A DNA stretch of 18,723 bases. It comes from Ginkgo biloba. Taxonomy: Eukaryota > Plantae > Ginkgophyta. The notes beneath the pieces were generated by a model that searched no databases, was not told the origin of the DNA, and worked only from the letters and a program-made list of their open reading frames with translations. Every line of letters begins with the position of its first letter. Positions within the stretch are counted from its first letter, which is position 1. Positions 10,553 to 18,723 of the stretch are shown here, piece by piece. The stretch spans positions 142,311,009 to 142,329,731 of the forward strand of contig JANKJI020000004.1 of NCBI GenBank assembly GCA_024626585.2. Direction: 5' to 3'. The position numbers and the translations under genes are program-made.

Positions 10553-11958
10553 GGAAGAAGGACAGTGCAGTTGAAGGTTTGTTAGGGCATAGGTTTATTT
10601 TTCAATATCTGGTAGAAAGGTCCCCCCGACTGACCTTTATAGGGGTCCAAGAGGGAGAAAGGTCTTTTAAGGACACTCTCTTCTCTGGGTTGTTTATCTC
10701 CAATAAGTCTTTGGAAGAGATTCTCTCTTACTCTAAGTGACTTAAGCATTATACGATTTTGAAAGATTTGCACCTTGTCAAAAGATGGGAAGAGATCCTA
10801 GAATTATAGAACAAGCCTTAATTGGTAAGTAAATACATCCTCAAAATGGATTGGTTGGTCTTGATTGATACATTTTTTGGTCTATTCCCTAACTTGAAAA
10901 GTCTTTAGTTGTAGGCTAATAGTAACTAGGAACCCTCAATTAAAGGAGACATTTTAACTTCACTTATAGAGAGGGGTTTTTATATGGTGGTATTTACTTC
11001 AAAAGAAGATAGAGAAAAGGTCTTCTATAATGGACCCTAGTTTATGGTAGGCATAAGTCTTCATTTAAAATATTGGACCCTAAGATTTGGCCCATAAGAG
11101 GAATATCCTTCGATGATCCCACTATAGGTTAAGTTACCCTTCCTCCTAGTAGAGTTTTGGGATGATAAGATCTTGGAAAATATTAGAAATAAATTGGATC
11201 ATTTTGTGAAGATCTCTAAGTACACAAAGGAAAAACACCTTATTTATATGTTTGTAAAAATATGCATTAAGGTAGACATAGAAAAAGGTCTCCCTGAGGC
11301 ATTTAAACTCAAGCTTCTAGATTCCATACATGTTCAAATTCTAGACTATGATAAAATTCTATTGAAATGTATCAATTGTTATGAATATGGTCATTTCGGT
11401 AAGAGTTGTCCCAAGAAGGTGAAAGACTAATAAAAGGGGGAGGGTTTCTGCCTTGTAGCTCAAAAAGATAAAGTTTATAATCNNNNNNNNNNNNNNNNNN
11501 NNNNNNNNNNNNNNNNNNNNNNNNNNNNNNNNNTATAATCTCTATCTTAGGAAGAGATGGAGAAAATGACATAACATTCGTAGGAGGTAAGTTTGAAGGA
11601 GCCTCAAGATGTGGGTCAAGGTTATAAAACACCCTTAGAAGAAGGATAGTAACCTCCTTTATCGCCTTTAGGAAGATAAGGACTTGAACATCAATTAAAG
11701 AGTAATGAGAACCTTAGTCCATAAGAGGAGTTCTAGCCTTTAGAAAATGAACTTATGCTAAATATTACTTCATCCCCCTATAGGTCATATGTTTAATCAA
11801 CCTAAGATGAATATAGGTGCTTGTAAAAAATAAAAAGGTAGAACTTCAAATGTTATGACTATATAATCAAAATCTTAGGATGAAGTAAATTCAGGAAAGC
11901 AATCCCAATTGGACTTTTCTAAATCAATGTTGAGATTTGGAAAAAAGATCCCACCAGC
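10553..11958 (+). mobile_element. Degenerate plant L1 ORF1 (DUF4283-like region plus CCHC zinc knuckle) and ORF1 tail
   Basis: Reads RSFKDTL; RGFYMVVFTSKEDREKVFYNGP*FM; YWTLRFGP; PL*VKLPFLLVEFWDDKILENIRNKL; KICIKVDIEKGLPEA; QILDYDKILLK; and CINCYEYGHFGKSC (11368-11409, CX2CX4HX4C). Confidence 0.93.
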
Positions 11959-12469
11959 ATGAAGATAGTTTCATGGAATATAAGGGGTCTAGGATCTTCC
12001 CCAAGGAAAAGATTTGTGAAGAGGAAGATAAAGGAGGTCAAGTCAAACATCTTTCTAATCTAAGAGACATAACTCATTAATTAGGGATTGAGAAAAAATT
12101 GTAAGTTAGTGTGGCCAAAATATGAATTTAAACATATTTATGCTAGAGGATAAGATGGAGGGATGATCATAATGTGTAACCTAAGGAATCCATATTTGAT
12201 AGAGTGGAAGGAGAGTAACTTCTAGTTGAAAACCACCTCCAGGGATAAGCAATATGATCTAGCTTATAAAGGTTTTAATGTTTATGGCCCAATCAATAAA
12301 GAAGAAAATCCATGGTTTGGGTCCTCCTTTTCTCAAAAAGGGGGACCTCATGATAACCTCATCTTGGGAGGTTATTTTAATGCTATAAACCATATTATAG
12401 ACTCTAATTTCCTAAAGGATAGTCATCTATTTAATTCTTTCATTTCATCACTGAAATTTACGAATGTAA
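11959..12469 (+). mobile_element. L1 ORF2 N-terminal APE-type endonuclease, copy A (pseudogenised)
   Basis: Starts MKIVSWNIRGL at 11959, followed by FLI*ET (QET), GGMIIM, FNVYGP and ILGGYFNA (GGDFN). It is interrupted at ~12470 by GC-rich foreign sequence. Confidence 0.93.
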
Positions 12470-12520
12470 TGATGTAGGAGCATCCGACGCCCTCGGGGCC
12501 GGGTGGCCAACATCGTCGAC
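12470..12520 (+). mobile_element. GC/CpG-rich insertion edge starting TG, probably a younger LTR
   Basis: TGATGTAGGAGCATCCGACGCCCTCGGGGCCGGGTGGCCAACATCGTCGAC has 6 CpG in its last 40 bp, an abrupt break from the L1 frame and composition. It runs into a gap. Confidence 0.45.
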
Positions 12521-12620
12521 NNNNNNNNNNNNNNNNNNNNNNNNNNNNNNNNNNNNNNNNNNNNNNNNNNNNNNNNNNNNNNNNNNNNNNNNNNNNNNNN
12601 NNNNNNNNNNNNNNNNNNNN

Positions 12621-14128
12621 TGAGTTCAAACATATTAACTTTAGAGCTCAATCTAGAGGAATAGTCATAATGTGAGATTTAGTGAAACTAGAGTTAATCA
12701 AATGGAAGGAAAGTGAATTCTAACTAAGAATAACCTTTAGAGTTAAGAAATATGCATTACAGTACAATATTATTAACATCTATGGTCTAATTAACTCGAT
12801 TGAGAAGTTAAGTTTTTTGTCCTCATGGGCTCAAGACAGAGAAACTTTAAAAATCTAATCATCGAGGGATATTTCAATGCAATAACCCACATTTTAGAAA
12901 AGAAATGAGGAATAATTCCAACTGAAGGCATGGTCATCCCTTTCAAATCACTCATATCATCCTTGACACTAGTGGATGTAAGACTAGAAGAAGGTTGGTT
13001 CATATGGAATAATAAGAGATTATGCAAGGCCTTCATTACCAAAATGCTAGATAAGTTTCTAATCTTATACTCCCTACAAGTGAACAACTCCATTTTTTAG
13101 TCAAAAGTTCTTAGTGGTGCAAGGTTGAACCAATGGCCCATTGAACTAGTCTACAAGGAAATAGGAAAAAGAAGTAACATTCCCTTCAAATTTGACCCTA
13201 TATGAACTTGTCATATAGATTTTCTACATAAAATAAAATAATGGTGGTTTCAAGGGGACCTAAAGGAAGGGTTTCAAATGTTTGGATTTATGAAAAAAAT
13301 AAAATTCGTAAAAGGGAAGTAAAAAGAATGGGCCTAAGAAGTCTATGGAAATCCTACAAAGAAGAAAGAGGCTCTTGGGTATACTTTAAAACAAATATGA
13401 GGGGTTGTTTTAAGAGAATATCTCACCTAAGACCTCTAGAAGAGAGAGAATAAAATTTAGATAAGATTAATGAATCCTTGTTAAAAGAAGAAAATATATG
13501 GTAGCTAAAATATTGAATGATGTGGCTAAAAGGAGGTGATCATAATACTAAATTCTTCCATAGAGCCACGACTTAATGAAGATTTTAAGATTCCATTCAA
13601 AAAATCAAAACAAGCTAAGGCACTCAACTGATAAGTGAGAAAAAGATTCAAGAGGATGCAATAACTTATATGAAAAACCTCCTAGTTGTGCCAAATCCAA
13701 CGCAAGAAAAATAATCTTAGCTTTTAGATATAATCTTAAGGATCTTCAAAGATTAGTAAAATATTTTTTTGTGTAAAAAGGTGTAACCTGAGGAACTATA
13801 TTCATATAGAAGAGTGAAAATCCCATAGTATGTATAGATATCTAGTAGATTCTAGCAAGAATCTTAGGATATACTTAAAGAAGATCTCTTGAAAGTAGTG
13901 GAGGAATCGAGGCAAATAGGAAAGATCCTTGGACCTATAAATGCATCTTATTTTTTCTCTAATCCCCAAATCCAAGAATGCAACAATTTGGAATAGATTT
14001 AGACCAATTTCATTATGTAACTCGGTGTATAAAATATTTACCAAACTAATGGCCAATAGGTTGAAGGCCACCCTTGATGATATAATATTAGATTAGAAAA
14101 GTGGTTTTATGAAGGGCAAGAGAGATTA
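12621..14128 (+). mobile_element. L1 ORF2 endonuclease (copy B) through RT N-terminus (pseudogenised)
   Basis: Reads EFKHI, INIYGL, IIEGYFNA, GWFIWNNKR, MLDKFL, NQWPI (DH.PI), PFKFD, EENIW..WLKGGDHNTKFFH (GDHNTKFFH 13535-13561), SLIPK, FRPISLCNSVYKIFTKLMANRLK (from 13998) and SGFMKGKR. Homology stops at ~14128. Confidence 0.93.
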
Positions 14129-14130
14129 GG

Positions 14131-16274
14131 TGATTATACTTTAAAAGTTGCCCCAAAAAGAAGAAGGTAGTGAGTTTTGTCAATAATGCACATGACATTG
14201 AGAAGTTAGAAGATTATATAATGTTAATGTGCATACAAGGAGCAACAAGAAGGGTGAAACTACCATCATAACAACTGGGACTTATTTTTCAACCCCAAAA
14301 GGGAGGACTAGTTCCTTGCGAAAAAAGAAGTTCTTGAGGTAGCCAAAAAAGCGATAAGGCCGAAAGAGAAGTAGTGTAACAATTGGATAAAGAAGTAGGG
14401 AAACTTCGAGCAGAAAAGGCTAGGTAGGAGATTGAACACATTTGAAATAAACAAAAATTTAGAAGAACATATGTTAGAATGAACACCTTGAAAGAGACAC
14501 CTACGCCAACAACTACTATTGTAGAACTTGCTCATTTGACATTGATGCCAATTCTTGAGGTCATTACAACAACCCCTATGGAGCCTGTGATACCTACAAC
14601 ATTATTCAATGAATAAAGATGGCAATTTTGAAACAATTTGTTGATGGTTTGAACCTAAGTGTTTTGTTATCCACCATCTTCTAGAGTTGGGAACTTGAGC
14701 AATTCTAGAAAAAAACTTGAGTTGTTTAAAATTCAAAAATGCTACTAGTTAGATGCATAAATCCAAAATTAGACAGTGACCTCAATGTATCCCTACAAAT
14801 CTTGGGATATTTGGTGGTTAAATAAATTGTTGATGGTGGCTCCATTGTCAATGTCCTTTCTAGAGAGCACATGGAGAGCCATTGGTAGCCCAACAATGAT
14901 ACATGTAGATTACACATTAACCATGGCTGATCAATACGAAGTGAGACCTCATGGTACAATAGAGAACATTATCATTACCGTTGTTGGTGTAGTTGTGATC
15001 CAAGAGTTCAACATGTTCAAGATGAACATTAGGGTAGCTTGTATCTTACCCTATTAGATCAAACTTGGTTACACAAGGCCAAGGCATTACAGGATTGGTG
15101 GCATTACACTTTTACATTATGTCATGATGGGAAATTATTGGTTCTACCTATGGCTGCAAATGGGCTAGCTATTACAAGAATCAACGATGAAGCTTCAAGC
15201 ACCATGGTATCTTCTAATCTACTACTACAAGCTCATATTTTGAATCATCCCTATCGTTGTGTTGCAAAATACAGGGAAGCTGAGGCCCATGAACCCAACT
15301 GTGAGGTGGGGATTGAAATTGATAGCAGTTCTGATGGCGATAATTCAACTTGCTTAATGGTCCATAGGTTCCAAGGAATTTACAAGCTCAATCAATATGC
15401 ATTGTATGACATGAGCAAAACTTGTGATATTTTTCTTCCTACAGTAGGTGACAATTGCTTACTTGACAAAGTAGGAATGATAATCGAAGACAATAACAAT
15501 GAGCTTTCTAATGCATATTAGACTATTAAAGTTGAGGTAATAACTATGCCACCTACTTTAGACACATGTTGGAGAGCCTAAGCAATGCCTCACACCTTCG
15601 TATGTGAGTTGAATGATGGAAAAAGGGGAAGTTAGAATGGAAGGCTTAATGCCATCTCTAATTTCCACTCACTTTAAGGGGCTATGAGCTTGGATGGTTC
15701 ATACTACACAACTCAACAATGCAACATTTGGATGAATTTTGCGATATGTTCATCGCCAAGTTTGGTGGGGTGTAATTATCTCACCTTGCCCCAATACAAC
15801 ACAACATTAAATCCCAAAACCCATGCAAAAAATTGTAAAAAGTATAGCGCTTTTCATAATTGTGGATATATTTGTTTCTTTCTTTACTACCTCCAGTTGA
15901 GTTAGAATGGTATATCTAGTACAAAAAAAAAGAATATATGATGGATTTATTTGGAAAAACAATTCATCTTAAAATTTTTGTTTAAATCCAAAATGNNNNN
16001 NNNNNNNNATACAATGTTGAAAAAGAGAAAACTGTTGTCAACTCGCTGTATAAGATTATGAAGACATGTTTTAACTTGCTTTCTACACCTATTATTAGTA
16101 ATGACCTAAAACAACACTTTTTGGAAGGGTTTGTAGCTTATGAAGAAGAAGACGTTAATGCTTGCTTATTTTTATCCCCCAGCCTATACAAAATTAACAT
16201 ACGTAGATTGGTAGATTGATGACACACTAGGGCATCTGCTAAATGATGATACTACCACCATTCACCACCGAAAA
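14131..16274 (+). mobile_element. Degenerate Ty3/Gypsy gag tail, aspartic protease and spacer (different lineage, non-chromovirus-like)
   Basis: VNVHTRS (14223-14243) is followed by a K/E-rich linker. Protease reads IVDGGSIVNVL (from 14826), ESTWRAIGSPT, LTMADQYEVRPHG, then after a frameshift YLTLLDQTWLHKAKALQDW (LLGRPWL..AKA..DW type). The protease at ~14770-15150 is well supported. The extent beyond ~15520 is tentative (DYEDMF 16054-16071, YEEEDV 16139-16156). Confidence 0.75.
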
Positions 16275-16374
16275 NNNNNNNNNNNNNNNNNNNNNNNNNN
16301 NNNNNNNNNNNNNNNNNNNNNNNNNNNNNNNNNNNNNNNNNNNNNNNNNNNNNNNNNNNNNNNNNNNNNNNNNN

Positions 16375-17403
16375 GCCTCATATAGGCAAACATGGGTAAT
16401 GTGATATGAAAAAGGATATGGTTGCCACCAATTTTACCCAAAGTGGCATGTTGCTTTTAGTTGTTACTCCATAGAAGAGTGTTGACTAAAGATAATCTGA
16501 TAAAAATAGGGAAGTTCAACCCATCCATATGTGTGTTATATAGGAAAGAATGTGAGATAATAATTTATCTCTTATGTAGTGCACTTTTGTTAAATAATTA
16601 TGGTTTCTTACAACGCACATGATTTCTTTAGAATCCACCATATTTTGGTCAATCAACAATGTCGAATACATAGTCATCAACTGGGATAGAAGGTATCTAA
16701 AACGTTAAAATATAAATTAGTTTGTAAATTTATGTGAATAAATATACTTAGGGCGGTGTACACATTAATTTGGCTAGCTAGGAATGAAGTCATTTTTAAG
16801 ATTAATTGGCTAAGGTAGGAAAATGTTGGGCCAAATCACAAGATCTCCTAAGAAATTTTATGTTATCTTCCTTCCCTATGGGGAAGGAGATTTATGAAAA
16901 TTATACGAATGGAGACATCCTTTTATGTTTAGTGTTTAGATTCCATCCATTATTTAAATCCAAAAATCTATTTCTTTACCAAACTAAAAAAAAATATTGA
17001 AGAAAACAATGATCTAACTATGTATGGAGTTATCTTAGAAGGATATTGGAATGTAAATTTTCATGTGGATTCTAGTAGTGCAATTTATAGTTGGAACAAG
17101 ACCAAATTAGTATGCTTTACAGAAGGCCTTGGTATAGTCTCAAATAATGAAACTAAAGTTACATCTCTTCTCATAGAAGGAGGAGGAACCTCATTGTATA
17201 GGGTGAATCTCTTCTAGTATGAAAATATATTAAGTGAGAGTTATTACCTAACCATGTGGGTTTGAACTCTTTCTTGAATAAGGATAAATTTTTGGCCCAA
17301 AGTTTTTATAATTTCTAAATATTTCATGTCATAAGGGAGGAGAATGCACAAGTAGATGATCTCATGAATGAAGAGGTTTATCATCTATCAGGGAATATTA
17401 TAT
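16375..17403 (+). mobile_element. L1 ORF2 3' region copy 1: zf-RVT zinc-binding domain plus RNase H (degenerate)
   Basis: Reads IWLPPILPKVACCF*LLLHRRVLTKDNLIKIGKFNPSICVLY..E (zf-RVT) and IWLARNEVIFK. RNase H reads GYWNVNFHVDS, GLGIVSNNETK, LIEGG and IFHVIREENAQVDDL. Confidence 0.9.
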
Positions 17404-17503
17404 NNNNNNNNNNNNNNNNNNNNNNNNNNNNNNNNNNNNNNNNNNNNNNNNNNNNNNNNNNNNNNNNNNNNNNNNNNNNNNNNNNNNNNNNNNNNNNNNN
17501 NNN

Positions 17504-18381
17504 ACTTAGGGCGGAGTACACATTAATTTGGCTAGCTAGGAATGAAGTCATTTTTTAAAATGGATTAGATGAGGTAGGAAAATGATGGGCCAAATTGTAG
17601 GATATCTTGAGAGAGTTTATGTTATATCTATGTTAATGGAGATATCCTTTTATGTTAAATGTTTGGACTCTAGCCACTAGTTAAATCCAAAAATCTAGTT
17701 TTTTGTCAAATTAAAAAAAAAAAATGTNNNNNNNNNNNNNNNAGTTGTCTCAAAAAGATTTTGGAATTTAAATTTTGATGGGGATTCTAAGAAAAATTTG
17801 AGAAGGGTGGAAACTGGCAGTGCACTGTACAATTAGGACAATACCAAATCGATATGCTTTATACAAGGATTTGGTATAACCTCAAACAATGAAGCCAAAT
17901 TCAGATCTTTTACGAGAGGCCTCAAATTAGCAATCAGAGAAGGGATTGAAAAGCTCATTANNNNNNNNNNNNNNNNNNNNNNNNNNNNNNNNNNNNNNNN
18001 NNNNNNNNACATGGGTTTGAAATATTTGCTTGAAGAATGTCATCTTTTAGCCAAGAGCTTCCACAATTTTTAAATCTATCATGCTAAAAGGGAGAATAAT
18101 GCATAAGGAAATGCTCTTGCAAAGTAAGTGATTTATCAACCATTGGGGAATATTATATATAAGGATGAATGTATCTTTAAAAAAAATATCTCTATAAGAT
18201 ATTTGTTAAATTTTGTTAGCATTGTAAGGTGTCCATGGGACTTGTAAGAATTTTTTGTACATTTGTAACTGGCCTTGGTAACATGATGCCTTCAAGTCCA
18301 TTTTTACCGAGAATGTATACCTGTAACTTTTTGTGTAATATATGTATATATACATCCCACTTAGTTTTCCAAAAAAAAAAA
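17504..18381 (+). mobile_element. L1 ORF2 3' region copy 2: RNase H, 3' UTR and poly(A) tail
   Basis: Reads IWLARNEVIF; WNLNFDGDSKKN (from 17762); GFGITSNNEAK..RGLKLAIREGIEKLI; IYHAKRENNA*GNALAK. A T-rich UTR with repeated TGTA ends in A11 at 18371-18381. Confidence 0.9.
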
Positions 18382-18723
18382 GTTAATTATCCTCACATTT
18401 GTAAGCTTCTTTATAATCACAATGGGGAAGCTAGTTAGAGATAGGATCCAATCCCAAGAATATTGCTTGTGGATCATCAACAAGTTGAGCAATCTAAGGA
18501 ATGGAAGTTTCTTTTCACAATCTATATAAGCACCTCTTCACATGAGGTGAGTGGAGGAGGAAAATTATTTGCATGTGGAAGCTCTGCCAATTTTCTTGAA
18601 GTAAAATTGGAAATTAGAGCACATTACTCGCTAGTACATGGATAGATAGAGAATCTTGGGAAATTGTTTACACTTACATGACCATAAGCTCTTTATTTCT
18701 CCCTTATTCATTCTTTGCTATTG
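18382..18723 (+). mobile_element. Possible Gypsy pol remnant (pre-RT region)
   Basis: NPKNI (18450-18464) and YKHLFT* (18525-18545) are in frame, at a spacing that matches my recollection of Gypsy 'PK.I...Y.D.FAW'. ALPI and HYSLV-like segments follow. The region is highly decayed. Confidence 0.35.

Noticed and set aside
1-18723. A novel multi-gene system combining RT, nuclease, RNase H and protease
   Set aside because: Every domain is a standard L1 or Gypsy component, all are disrupted by stops and frameshifts, and their proximity is explained by nesting and scaffolding.

Overview
This window is an AT-rich, gap-ridden (15 N-runs) eukaryotic draft-assembly segment made almost entirely of nested, decayed retrotransposons. 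The element types resemble those of large-genome plants, probably a gymnosperm or fern (inference from recalled motifs). I found no intact gene, RNA gene or CRISPR array. Hand translation through stops and frameshifts gives: (i) plant L1-clade LINE pieces on + (RT at ~75-1306 and 1634-1879; ORF1 plus endonuclease at 10553-12469; a second endonuclease-to-RT piece at 12621-~14128; two tandem 3' ends with RNase H and a final poly(A) at 16375-18381); (ii) two Ty3/Gypsy relics of one lineage (gag-protease on - at ~4023-5860; Zn-knuckle-protease-RT with YLDD on + at ~8990-10452); (iii) a different Gypsy protease-spacer relic at ~14131-16274 that may resume after the L1 poly(A); (iv) several LTR-like termini. 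Most ORF-track entries are fragments or antisense shadows of these relics, or are mostly N. I cannot support a novel biological system here. The most notable points are structural: L1 segments reiterated across 100-N gaps, complementary in-frame deletions in the RNase H copies, a 64-bp TG..CA fold-back, a CpG-rich young insertion edge, and many C-to-T stops at non-CpG sites.
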